Position numbers and translations under genes: made by a program. A stretch of DNA of 35,651 nucleotides. It comes from Candidatus Eiseniibacteriota bacterium (GTDB lineage Bacteria > Eisenbacteria > RBG-16-71-46 > DASYSL01). The notes beneath the pieces were generated by a model that was not told the DNA's origin, ran no database searches, and saw nothing but the letters and a program-made list of their open reading frames with translations. Location: NCBI GenBank assembly GCA_046598045.1, contig JBKJJJ010000005.1:1-35651 (forward strand), in the 5' to 3' direction. This document shows, in pieces, positions 1-8,268 of the stretch (position 1 is the stretch's first letter; each line of letters starts with the position of its first letter).

Positions 1-1006
1 GGGGCTGATCGTGCCCAGCGGCTTCTACCCGGGCGCGGACTCGCACTCGCGCGCCTATGGCGCGTACGGCGCGTTCGGCATGGGCGTCGGCTCGACCACG
101 CTGGGCTTCGGGTGGAGCACGGGTTACATCTACTTCACGCTCGCGAAGCAGCGGCGGGTACGCTTCACGGGCACGCTCCAGCCGTGGGTCAGCGGCAAGG
201 ACATCGTGCTCGCGCTGCTCGCGAAGTGGGGCGCGGCGCAATCGCAGGGCATGGGCGTCGAGTTCGTCGACGTCGGCAAGCAGCTGCCGATGCCGTACCG
301 CAACACGATCGCGAACATGATGGCCGAGGCGGAGGCGCAGAACGGCATTTTCCCGGCCGACGACATCACCGAGGCGTGGTTCAACGAGCGCGGCATCGCG
401 ATGCCGTACCCGCGCGTGACGCCCGGCGCCGACGCGCACTACGGGCTCGACGAGGAACTCGACCTGACCGCGATCGCGCCCATGATCGCGCGTCCGTTCA
501 GCCCCGGGAACGCGTTCCCCGCGACCGAGGTCGCGAAGGAGAAGCTCACGTTCGACAAGGCGATGATCGGCTCGTGCACGAACGGCGGCTACGACGACCT
601 CCTGCAGGCCGCGCTCGTCCTGCGCGCCGCGCGGACGCACGGCGCGCTGAGCGTGGCGGCGGGCAAGGAATTCGTGGTCTTCCCGGGCTCGGGCAAGGTC
701 AAGACGCTGATCGAGAATCCCGACCCGCGGCTCGACGGCGACTCGATCGCGAACGTGCTGCGCGCGGCCGGCGCGGTGATCCGCGATTCGTGGTGCGGCC
801 CGTGCTTCGGGCAGGGCCAGGATGCGCTCAAGCCGGGCCAGCGCGCGATCACGACGTTCAATCGCAACTGGCAGAACCGCATGGGCGTCGGCGGCGAGGG
901 CTACCTCGCGAGCCCGGCCGTGGTCGCGGCCTCGGCGCTGCTCGGCTACATGGCGCCGCCGAGCGAACTCGGGCTGGTGTGGGAGCCGGCGGAGTTCGCG
1001 GTCTAG
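1..1006 (+). CDS. Aconitase / 3-isopropylmalate dehydratase large-subunit (LeuC/HacA-like) family protein, 5'-truncated by the window edge
   Basis: GADSHS..YGA.GAFG.GVG motif, R.TIANMMAE, Fe-S ligand motifs IGSCTNG and CGPCFG, TTFNRNW..RMG and YLASP.V.AASA; the frame is open from the window start. Confidence 0.88.
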   Translation, partial: GLIVPSGFYPGADSHSRAYGAYGAFGMGVGSTTLGFGWSTGYIYFTLAKQRRVRFTGTLQPWVSGKDIVLALLAKWGAAQSQGMGVEFVDVGKQLPMPYRNTIANMMAEAEAQNGIFPADDITEAWFNERGIAMPYPRVTPGADAHYGLDEELDLTAIAPMIARPFSPGNAFPATEVAKEKLTFDKAMIGSCTNGGYDDLLQAALVLRAARTHGALSVAAGKEFVVFPGSGKVKTLIENPDPRLDGDSIANVLRAAGAVIRDSWCGPCFGQGQDALKPGQRAITTFNRNWQNRMGVGGEGYLASPAVVAASALLGYMAPPSELGLVWEPAEFAV

Positions 1007-1107
1007 GCGCTTGCGACCCTGGTCGATCACTGCAGATAAAAACCCGACGAGCCGAACCCGCGGCGATCTTACAATCGTGATCGAATCGATAGGCGTCCGG
1101 CCAGCGA

Positions 1108-1138
1108 GCGAAGCCCCGGCGCAACGCCGGGACTTCGC
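1108..1138 (+). terminator. GC-rich hairpin with GCAA loop; probable terminator or stabiliser downstream of the aconitase-family gene
   Basis: GCGAAGcCCCGGC-GCAA-cGCCGGGaCTTCGC followed by a pyrimidine run, without a clean U-tract. Confidence 0.5.
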
Positions 1139-1294
1139 CCTTACCTCTCTCGTGCTACTGGGCGATTGCGATGAGCTTGCGCTGCTGGGCCCGGAGGGAA
1201 TTTGCTGACATTCAAGAGTCGGGGAGGTTCATACTGATTGCCCGTCGCCCACGCTCTGGCTCTGCGTGCGGGCGAACTCTCGAGGGCATGCCCC

Positions 1295-3292
1295 ATGCGA
1301 TCGGTAACCTTGGCCTCTCTGCTCCTGATTCTCGCTTGGCCCTCTCCCGTCTCGGCGCAGTGGAGGCAGGACGGGGTCCCGGCTTGTCAGGCTTTTGGCG
1401 GGCAATATGTCACGAGCGCCTGCCCGGATGGGTCCGGAGGCGTTTTCATCGCCTGGGATGATACCCGCAACTATACGACGCTCGATGATGACATCTATCT
1501 GCAACACGTGACGGCCTCAGGATTCATCGCTCCGGGTTGGCCTCAGGACGGCGTGGTCGTTTGCTCGACCACCGGTTATCAAGATGCACCCAGCGTCACG
1601 CCGGACGGCGCGGGGGGGTGCTTCGTGACCTGGATCGATCGACGCAGTGGAACAAGCCTTGACATCTATGCGCAACACGTCGCCCCGAGTGGAATGCCTG
1701 CCGCCGGCTGGCCGGACAATGGACTCGCCGTCTGTACCGCCTCAGGAGATAAGCGATCGCCTCATGTCGTGAGGGGCGGGGCAGGTGGCTGCTTCGTTCA
1801 GTGGGAGGATGAGCGCAACGGAAGATCGAATCGGGACGTTTGTCTCGACCGGATCCTCGCCGATGGGACACTGGATCCGGCGTGGCCGGTCAACGGATTG
1901 GACCTTACGCCGGTGTCCGGATTTCAAGGGGATGCGAGCGCAATCACCGATGGCGCAGGCGGCGTATTTGTCACGTGGGATGATGGCCGGAACCGGGGGA
2001 CCACGGGTTTCGATGTTTATCTTCAAAGAGTCACGTCCTCCGGAGCGATTGCAACTGGCTGGCCTGCGGGGGGACTGGCGGTGTGCAATGCCCCCGGAGA
2101 TCAGGGGCCGAGCCTGGTTGTTCCGGACGATGCCGGTGGCGCCTACGTGGCCTGGAGGGACGGACGCACCGGTGCTTTCAGTCCCTTCGACAATTGGGAT
2201 CTCTACGCCCATCATATTGCCGCCTCCGGTGCGCTCGTTCCCGGCTGGCCGACCAACGGCACCCCGGTCTGCAACGCTCCCCGCTCCCAGTTCGAATTCG
2301 CGGCCGACGCCGACGGTCAGGGAAACCTGTTGGTGGCGTGGGAGGATGATCGTGCGGGCTCAGCATTCTGGTCCATCTACGCCCTGAAGCTTCAACCCGG
2401 CGGGACGCTGGCTTCCGGCTGGGCCGTGAACGGGAACCAAGCGACCACCGCCCCGACCCGTATCCCCAAGATCGTGCGGGATGGAAGCGGTGGCGCCTAT
2501 GTCGCCTGGTGGGATGGTCGAAATATTCCGAGCGGCGTCGACTTCTACGCCCAGCATTTTACCGCCGTCGGCGTGCCGGCGCCGGGCTGGGGTCCGGACG
2601 GCTTACCCCTGTGCACTGCGGCCGACACCCAGGAGCAGTTGCAACTCGTCTCCGGCGGGAGCATGGGCGCCATCGCAGCCTGGAGCGATTACCGGAATTA
2701 CTCGGTCAGCGGGCCCGACGTCTACGCCCAGCGTCTCGAGGTCGATGGACCCGTGCCCGCCCTGCTCTCGCTCGTCAGCGCTGAGGCCGAGCCGGGGCTC
2801 GCTCGAATCTCGTGGTTCGCGGCCGATGCGGCGGACCTCGGCGCGGTCGTCGAACGCCGCGATGACGCGAGCGAGTGGCTGACTCTGGGATCACCGGACG
2901 CGACCGGAACGGGATTGCTTACCTACGAGGATAGCGTTCCCGCGGGCGGCCGATATGCCTATCGCCTGCGCTACGGCGCAGACCGCGCAGCCACCGAGCC
3001 GGCGTGGATCACGATCCCGAGCGGTCTCGCCCTGAGCCTGGGCGGCTTCCGACCCAATCCGGCGGTCGGCGCGATCAGTGTCTCGCTGAGCCTGCCCTCC
3101 GGCGATCCCGCGACCCTCGAGCTTGTGGACGTGGCGGGCCGACGCCTGCTCTCCCGCGACCTCGCCGGGCTTGGCCCGGGCAGCCACCTCATCCAACTCG
3201 GTGCGAGCGGCACGCTCCGTCCGGGTGTCTACTGGCTGAGGCTCACGCAGAAAGGCCGATCCCTGACGGCGCGGGGTCTGGTCTTGCGTTGA
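1295..3292 (+). CDS. Secreted protein with 8 tandem ~58-aa repeats (probable beta-propeller) and a C-terminal FlgD-Ig/T9SS-CTD-like sorting domain
   Basis: GAGGG upstream of ATG 1295; signal peptide MRSVTLASLLLILAWPSPVSA; repeat consensus GWPxxG..VC.A.G.Q......DG.GG.(F/Y)V.W.D.R......DIY.QH; C-terminal PNP...LELVDVAGRR...GVYWLRLTQ. Confidence 0.8.
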   Translation: MRSVTLASLLLILAWPSPVSAQWRQDGVPACQAFGGQYVTSACPDGSGGVFIAWDDTRNYTTLDDDIYLQHVTASGFIAPGWPQDGVVVCSTTGYQDAPSVTPDGAGGCFVTWIDRRSGTSLDIYAQHVAPSGMPAAGWPDNGLAVCTASGDKRSPHVVRGGAGGCFVQWEDERNGRSNRDVCLDRILADGTLDPAWPVNGLDLTPVSGFQGDASAITDGAGGVFVTWDDGRNRGTTGFDVYLQRVTSSGAIATGWPAGGLAVCNAPGDQGPSLVVPDDAGGAYVAWRDGRTGAFSPFDNWDLYAHHIAASGALVPGWPTNGTPVCNAPRSQFEFAADADGQGNLLVAWEDDRAGSAFWSIYALKLQPGGTLASGWAVNGNQATTAPTRIPKIVRDGSGGAYVAWWDGRNIPSGVDFYAQHFTAVGVPAPGWGPDGLPLCTAADTQEQLQLVSGGSMGAIAAWSDYRNYSVSGPDVYAQRLEVDGPVPALLSLVSAEAEPGLARISWFAADAADLGAVVERRDDASEWLTLGSPDATGTGLLTYEDSVPAGGRYAYRLRYGADRAATEPAWITIPSGLALSLGGFRPNPAVGAISVSLSLPSGDPATLELVDVAGRRLLSRDLAGLGPGSHLIQLGASGTLRPGVYWLRLTQKGRSLTARGLVLR

Positions 3293-3395
3293 TGCGCTTT
3301 GCTCCGGCGGATCGTTGCCCACAATCAAACGCGCAGAGGCCGAAACCTAGGCCGGGTAGGAAACCGGCCAACGGCGTCGGAGACTGCCCGAACTA

Positions 3396-4037
3396 CTATT
3401 TCGCTCTCTCCGGGAAGATCCGGTCCTTCGTCGCCTGCGGCAGGACCTTCTTCTCGACCACGGCCTTGACGAGCGCGGCGTCGATCGGATCGTACGACTG
3501 CACCGACGCGGACCAGATCAGGCTGCCGCCGTTCTTCGTCGCGTAGACGTCGGTCTGGTAGCGGCGGATCTCGTCGGTCTCCGTGTAGCCCGGCGTGTAC
3601 ACGTCGCGATAGGCCGTGTAGTAGAACCCGGTGTACGGATTGCGCCGCGTCTCGGCGACCCGGGTCGTGGTCGGCAGGACCTCGCGCTGCTCCTGCGTGT
3701 TCGGGAGCCGGAGCGAGACCAGGACCCCGTCGTAGCCGCCCGCGCTCACCGCGTCGATCACCTGTTGCGTGTCGGGCGCCGCGTCGGGGAATTGCGCATA
3801 CGAGGGCGTGGCCTGCACGCCGCGCTCCTTGAGCTGCGCGACGAAGCCGTCCTCCCACATCCGCCGCCGCACCGCTTCCTTGCGGATCGCCACCACGTAC
3901 ACGTTGCCCAGGGGGGCCGCCTTCCAGCTCGGGTCGCGCCAGTGCTCGCTGATCTTCGTGCCCGTGGCACAGCCGGCGAAAGCGACGACGAGGAGGAGCA
4001 GGGTGAGGGCGAAGCGGCGGTGCGAAGTCGGCGTCAT
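3396..4037 (-). CDS. Lipoprotein of unknown function (DUF4136-like)
   Basis: GGAGGA Shine-Dalgarno before ATG 4037; lipobox VAFAG-C; RR.WED.FV..L motif and C-terminal LIWSA typical of this lipoprotein group. Confidence 0.7.
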   Translation of the reverse strand: MTPTSHRRFALTLLLLVVAFAGCATGTKISEHWRDPSWKAAPLGNVYVVAIRKEAVRRRMWEDGFVAQLKERGVQATPSYAQFPDAAPDTQQVIDAVSAGGYDGVLVSLRLPNTQEQREVLPTTTRVAETRRNPYTGFYYTAYRDVYTPGYTETDEIRRYQTDVYATKNGGSLIWSASVQSYDPIDAALVKAVVEKKVLPQATKDRIFPERAK

Positions 4038-4130
4038 GGATCGAGTCCTCCGGTGTGTGGGGGAGAGCGACGACGCTAGCACAGGCCGGCGAGCCGGTCG
4101 AGGCGGCCGGGGAGGGGCCCGGCGACCCGC

Positions 4131-4159
4131 TTGCCGGGCGGAGCGGGGGCGGGTACACT
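4131..4159 (+). promoter_or_regulatory. Sigma70-type promoter of efp
   Basis: TTGCCG-N17-TACACT about 70 nt upstream of the efp start. Confidence 0.6.
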
Positions 4160-4228
4160 GCCCCGGTCCAAGGCGCCCCGATCCTCTCGGTCTTCGCGCC
4201 GCGTCGAGATCCCCGTTCCGGAGTGCCC

Positions 4229-4789
4229 GTGGCCACCACTGCCGATATCAAGAATGGGCTCGTCATCGAGCACAAGAACGATCTGTTTCGGATCGTCGAT
4301 TTCCAGCACGTCAAGCCGGGCAAGGGCGGGGCCTTCGTGCGCACCAAGCTCAAGAGCCTGAAGACCGGCCGCGTTATCGACGAGACCTGGAACTCGGGCG
4401 AGAAGATCGTGGACGTCAAGCTCGAGCCGCACGCGGTGCAGTATCTCTATGCATCGGGCGACGACTTCCACTTCATGAACACGGAAACGTTCGACGAGCT
4501 CACGATCCCGAAGGCCACGATCGCCGGCAACGCGAGCTGGCTCAAGGACGGCATGGTGCTCCAGTTGCTGCTGCGCGAGACGGAGATCATCACGATCGAG
4601 TTTCCGAAGATGGTCGAGCTCAAGGTCACCGAGACCGAGGGCGGCGCCACGCGCGGTGACACCGCGAAGGCATTCCAGAAGTCCGCGAAGCTCGAGACCG
4701 GCATCGAGGTCATGGTGCCCGGGTTCATCAAGGAAGGCGACGTCATCAAGGTCGACACGGAGACGGGCAAGTACGTCGAACGCATCTGA
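4229..4789 (+). CDS. efp: Translation elongation factor P
   Basis: GTG start, 186 aa; FQHVKPGKGGAFVRTKLK loop, QYLY...FHFMNTETF, GDTA...K.AKLETG..V.VP.FI..GD.IKVDT.TG.YVER. Confidence 0.97.
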   Translation: MATTADIKNGLVIEHKNDLFRIVDFQHVKPGKGGAFVRTKLKSLKTGRVIDETWNSGEKIVDVKLEPHAVQYLYASGDDFHFMNTETFDELTIPKATIAGNASWLKDGMVLQLLLRETEIITIEFPKMVELKVTETEGGATRGDTAKAFQKSAKLETGIEVMVPGFIKEGDVIKVDTETGKYVERI

Positions 4790-4809
4790 CGACCGCCTGA
4801 AAACGACAC

Positions 4810-4853
4810 CGCCCCGGCCTCTCCATCCCTGGAGTGGTCGGGGCGATTGGTTT
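4810..4853 (+). terminator. Intrinsic terminator after efp
   Basis: CGCCCCGGCC-tCTCCA...TGGAGt-GGTCGGGGCG stem followed by ATTGGTTT; a second hairpin near 4857-4880 may serve the convergent operon. Confidence 0.55.
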
Positions 4854-4888
4854 CACCGGGTGGATGGAATCCGCCCCGGGGGGAGTTC

Positions 4889-5566
4889 TTACGCCGAGCG
4901 CGCCGGACGAACGTCCACGTCGCGGTCGAGCGTGAAGCGCAGGGCCGAGCCGGCGCCCAGTTCGAGCTGCGGGCCGCGCGTCATCAGCGCCGCGCCGGTG
5001 CCCGTGGCGGCGCCGACCGCGGCGCCCTTGCCGATGTCCTTCGAACCGCCGGCGATTCCGCCGATGACGCCACCGACCACCGCGCCGCCACCGATCAATC
5101 CGACGTCCTTGCCGGTGCCCGACTTGCTCTCGTAGACCGGGCTGCGCGAGTCCAGGTTGTAGCTGTGCCCACCGAACTCGATGCTGTCGTATGCGAGCTG
5201 GAGCTTGCCGCGGCCGCTCGCCTTGCCAGGCTGCTCGGCGAGGACGACGTGGCCGTGGAGCGCCGCGCCTTCGGGGATGGCGATCTTGCCGTTCACCAGC
5301 ACGGGCGACGACGTGCGCGCCGAGAAGCGGTCGCCGGTGTTCGAGGTCTTGGTCGACAGCGTGGTCTGCAGCACCACGCTGAACGCCGTGCCGGCCGGGA
5401 CCGTGATCGTCGAGCTTCCGAGGCCGCCCAGCTTGAAGCCGGTGGTCTTCGTGTCGCCGTTGACGGCGATGTCGGAGCCGATGGGCTTGTTCTGCATTGC
5501 GAATACCGACACGGCCGCGACCAGCGCGACGCCAACGGCGACTGCGATCCAGGTCTTGCGATTCAT
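4889..5566 (-). CDS. Membrane-anchored or exported protein with a TrbI/VirB10-like beta domain and a C-terminal glycine zipper
   Basis: AAGGAG Shine-Dalgarno; N-terminal hydrophobic segment; TVPAGT...L...LST.....GD.F.A....PV...G...IP.G...G.V pattern; GGGAVVGGVIGGIAGG...GAAVGAATGTG zipper. Confidence 0.7.
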   Translation of the reverse strand: MNRKTWIAVAVGVALVAAVSVFAMQNKPIGSDIAVNGDTKTTGFKLGGLGSSTITVPAGTAFSVVLQTTLSTKTSNTGDRFSARTSSPVLVNGKIAIPEGAALHGHVVLAEQPGKASGRGKLQLAYDSIEFGGHSYNLDSRSPVYESKSGTGKDVGLIGGGAVVGGVIGGIAGGSKDIGKGAAVGAATGTGAALMTRGPQLELGAGSALRFTLDRDVDVRPARSA

Positions 5567-5600
5567 GTGCGATGCTCCTTCGTGAGAGGGGACCTAGCGA

Positions 5601-6080
5601 CTAGTGGAACGTCGCGCCTAACGTGATCGAGGCCTGATTCACCTCGCTGAACGTGTAGCGCCCCTCGAGAAACAGGTGATTCTTGCCGGCGGGAAAGCGC
5701 ACTCCACCGAACATGTTGCCGGCAGGGTCGCTGCTGCTTCCGCCACCGCCCGGCACGTCGACGATCGACAGGCCGACGCCGCCGCCCAGGTAGGGCGTCG
5801 TGCGCATTTCCGCACCGAAGTGATAGAACGCGTCCAGGTTCGCGTCGAAGCCCGAAAGCGGATTGCCGTTCCAGTAGAGAATGTTCGGCTGCAGATGCCA
5901 CTGGGATCCGGCCTGCTCGAACTCGATGTGCGCGCCGAGCGCGACACCGCCGTCGCCTACGTCCGGGCTCAGGAAGCCCACGCGCCCGCCGCCGCCGCTC
6001 ACGCCGAACGCATGCGAAGGCGAAGCGTTGAACGAACTGACCAGCGCCAACCCTGCGAGAACCATCGTCCATCTCTTCAT
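5601..6080 (-). CDS. Small outer-membrane beta-barrel protein (OmpA/OmpW-like, probably 8-stranded)
   Basis: AAAGGAG Shine-Dalgarno; signal peptide ending PSHA; PYLGGGVG motif, alternating beta-strands, C-terminal LGATFH; start overlaps the upstream stop (ATGA). Confidence 0.8.
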   Translation of the reverse strand: MKRWTMVLAGLALVSSFNASPSHAFGVSGGGGRVGFLSPDVGDGGVALGAHIEFEQAGSQWHLQPNILYWNGNPLSGFDANLDAFYHFGAEMRTTPYLGGGVGLSIVDVPGGGGSSSDPAGNMFGGVRFPAGKNHLFLEGRYTFSEVNQASITLGATFH

Positions 6081-6307
6081 TCGAAGACTCCTTTCGATCG
6101 CGAACCTCCCGCGACCAGCAGCACGAGCCCGACGACGATCGCCGCAGCCCCCGCAACCGGGGGAATGTCGACATGCTTCTTCTCGGTGTAGCTCAGGTCG
6201 ACCGGACCGAGGTCGACCTTGTGACGCTCCTGCGCGTAGTTGAAACCACCCCACGCCAGCCCTGCGAGCCCGATCAGAAGCAAGACCATGCCGACGGTGC
6301 GAGCCAT
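6077..6307 (-). CDS. Small two-TM membrane protein (DUF3185-like)
   Basis: GGAGGG Shine-Dalgarno; G.VLLLIGL.GL..GGF.Y......VDLGP.......K....IPP..G......G.VLL pattern. Confidence 0.75.
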   Translation of the reverse strand: MARTVGMVLLLIGLAGLAWGGFNYAQERHKVDLGPVDLSYTEKKHVDIPPVAGAAAIVVGLVLLVAGGSRSKGVFE

Positions 6308-6490
6308 GACGCCCTCCGTGGTACAGCCGGGTTTTAGAGGAGGAACCAGGATCCACGCGCCAAGGCGATCCGCAGCTGTGGTGGAGCTGCTGCGGTCGGG
6401 GGGAGATCTCACCGATGCTGCTTATGAGATGCCCCCCGCGTGGATCCGCGGTTCAGTCATTCCCTGACAGAGTGCAGATTTCCGAATCGA

Positions 6491-6640
6491 TCAGACAGGT
6501 CTTTGCCCCTGGATGATCCGGATGAGCACGCTCGCAATGGCCAGCACGAGCAGCAGGTGGATGAATCCGCCCAGGGTGTAGCTGGTCGCGACCCCCAGGG
6601 CCCACAGGACCACGAGCACGACGGCAACGGTCCAGAGCAT
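6491..6640 (-). CDS. lmo0937-family (DUF5670) 49-aa membrane protein; absent from the ORF track
   Basis: Hand translation MLWTVAVVLVVLWALGVATSYTLGGFIHLLLVLAIASVLIRIIQGQRPV*; GGAGGG Shine-Dalgarno upstream; family signature LW.LG....Y..GG.IH.LLV.A. Confidence 0.9.
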   Translation of the reverse strand: MLWTVAVVLVVLWALGVATSYTLGGFIHLLLVLAIASVLIRIIQGQRPV

Positions 6641-6665
6641 GGTTCAGCCCTCCGGTGTCCTTCGG

Positions 6666-6905
6666 TTAGTCGGTGGCAGGGTGCGGCTTGCGCTCCCGCG
6701 TGGCCTCTTCGAACTGCTCGATCAGGTCGCCCAGGCGATTCTCGATGTCCATGCGGAGCAGGCCGGTCTTCTCCTCGATCCGCCCGACGAGAAGGTCCCA
6801 GCTCCCGTCGATGCGCGCGAGATCGTCGTCCGTGAGATCGCCCCACGCCTGCTGGATCCGTCCGCTGAGCTGCTTCCACTGGGACTTCAGAATGTCGTTG
6901 CGCAT
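6666..6905 (-). CDS. CsbD/YjbJ-family general stress protein
   Basis: MRNDILKSQWKQLSGRIQQAWGDLTDDDL..IDG..D.LVG.I.EK.G matches the CsbD pattern; GGGAGG Shine-Dalgarno. Confidence 0.9.
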   Translation of the reverse strand: MRNDILKSQWKQLSGRIQQAWGDLTDDDLARIDGSWDLLVGRIEEKTGLLRMDIENRLGDLIEQFEEATRERKPHPATD

Positions 6906-6971
6906 GGTGTTTGCCTCCCTGGGAGCCGGGTCCGCGGTGGATCCGTGGAGCGCGGCGCCACGGGGGATCAA

Positions 6972-6987
6972 AGCAGGGTCCGTGCCA
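6972..6987 (-). promoter_or_regulatory. Sigma54 (-24/-12) promoter of the csbD operon
   Basis: Minus strand reads TGGCAC-GGACC-CTGCT, with exact GG-N10-GC spacing, 66 nt upstream of the csbD ATG; an AT-richer IHF-like CAA-N4-TTG lies near 7023-7032. Confidence 0.75.
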
Positions 6988-7114
6988 CAGGGCTGCGCGG
7001 AGTGCTAAACGTGTTTAATGGCAACAGGTTGACAGGTTAAGGACGGGGAGCCCTACGGACGATTGTCGCTACCTCGGACCGGGGGGCGAGTAACAAGTAC
7101 ACGCGAGATCCGTC

Positions 7115-7143
7115 TTGAGGCGCTCGGCGGCGGTGCCTACAGT
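7115..7143 (+). promoter_or_regulatory. Sigma70-type promoter of the Cys-rich microprotein gene
   Basis: TTGAGG-N17-TACAGT, followed by a GAGGAGG Shine-Dalgarno and ATG 7173. Confidence 0.55.
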
Positions 7144-7172
7144 GAGCGCACTTCGAGGAGGAATTCGCGCCC

Positions 7173-7382
7173 ATGACCGAGGCTGCCGCGTGGTCCCGCT
7201 GCAACATCTGCAAGAAGCCCATCGCCTGGGCCGGCATTTGGTACAAGTGCTCCGTGTCGACCTGTAACAAGAAGCGCCTGCCGCTGCACTTCTGCTCGCC
7301 GGACTGCTGGGACGCCCACCTCCCGGATGCGAACCACCGGGGCCCGCTCTGTATCGAGGAGCGCGCGCCGTACCGGCCCTGA
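7173..7382 (+). CDS. 69-aa Cys/His-rich zinc-finger protein (ZZ-like), stand-alone
   Basis: Strong GAGGAGG Shine-Dalgarno; W.RCNICKKPI......YKCSVSTCN..R....FCS..CWD.H.P...H; GC3-rich codon usage like host genes. Confidence 0.8.
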   Translation: MTEAAAWSRCNICKKPIAWAGIWYKCSVSTCNKKRLPLHFCSPDCWDAHLPDANHRGPLCIEERAPYRP

Positions 7383-7515
7383 GTTCGCAATTCCGTGTCA
7401 AGCAGGCTCCGCAGCCGGTCAGGGGCCCGGGTTTGCGCATCCAAACCGGGCTGCGTCCGCTAACCTGTCTCTGATCCCGCCACCGGTAGCCGAACCCTTC
7501 CAGGAGACTGACCGA

Positions 7516-8205
7516 ATGCGCCTGACCGATCGCTCGTTGTCCCGCACGCTCGTGGCCGCCGCGGCTGCCTTTGCCCTGTCCGCCACGGCAGGCGCCGTGT
7601 TCGCCGCCACCGAGACGCTCAATTTCGACAACAGCCACAGCCGCGTGGGCTTCAGCATTCGGCACTTCTTCACGCCGGTGCGTGGCGAATTCAAGAACGT
7701 CACGGGCACGCTCGCTCTCGACCAGGCGAACCTCAACGCGACCAAGGTCAACGTCGAGATCGAGACCGCGAGCATCTACACGAACAACGATCACCGCGAC
7801 GATCACCTGCGCAGCGCGGACTTCTTCGACGCCGAGAAGAACCCGAAGATCACGTTCGTGTCGAAGACCGTGGACATCAAGGGCACGAAGGGCACCATGA
7901 CGGGCGATCTCACGATGCACGGCGTCACCAAGCCGGTGACGCTCAATATCGAGGTCGGCGGGATCGGCAAGATGGGCCCCGGCGGCACGATCGCCGGCTT
8001 CACCGCGTCGGGCACGCTCGATCGCAAGGACTACGGGATCCTCTGGAACAAGTTGTTCGACCAGGGACCGAGCATGCTGGGCGACGACGTGACCCTCGAG
8101 ATCAGCGTCGAGGCCAAGACGCCCAAGCCCGCGCCGGTGGCCGGCGCCGCGCCGAAGCCGTCGGGCGCACCGGCGACCGTACCCGCGCCTGCGGGCGGCA
8201 AGTAG
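7516..8205 (+). CDS. yceI: YceI-family periplasmic polyisoprenoid/lipid-binding protein with a Pro/Ala tail
   Basis: AGGAG Shine-Dalgarno; signal peptide; D.SHSRVGFSIRH, RDDHLRSADFFD, GDLTMHGVTKPV, DRKDYGI.W. Confidence 0.92.
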   Translation: MRLTDRSLSRTLVAAAAAFALSATAGAVFAATETLNFDNSHSRVGFSIRHFFTPVRGEFKNVTGTLALDQANLNATKVNVEIETASIYTNNDHRDDHLRSADFFDAEKNPKITFVSKTVDIKGTKGTMTGDLTMHGVTKPVTLNIEVGGIGKMGPGGTIAGFTASGTLDRKDYGILWNKLFDQGPSMLGDDVTLEISVEAKTPKPAPVAGAAPKPSGAPATVPAPAGGK

Positions 8206-8231
8206 GCTGGCCCGACCGCAGCGAGAAGACG

Positions 8232-8268
8232 AGCGCCCGGGGCGTTGCATTCGCCCCGGGCGCTTTCT
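8232..8268. terminator. Probably bidirectional intrinsic terminator between yceI and the CPXCG gene
   Basis: 13-bp stem AGCGCCCGGGGCG / CGCCCCGGGCGCT followed by TTCT on + and TCTTCT on -. Confidence 0.75.

Noticed and set aside
1..1006. Assigning leuC or acnA specifically
   Set aside because: The 5' part is missing and no small-subunit or pathway genes are adjacent, so only the superfamily can be supported
3293..3395. GGCCGG...CCGGCC hairpin and GAAA motifs as a possible hammerhead ribozyme
   Set aside because: No CUGANGA core is present; more likely a simple terminator-region hairpin between convergent genes
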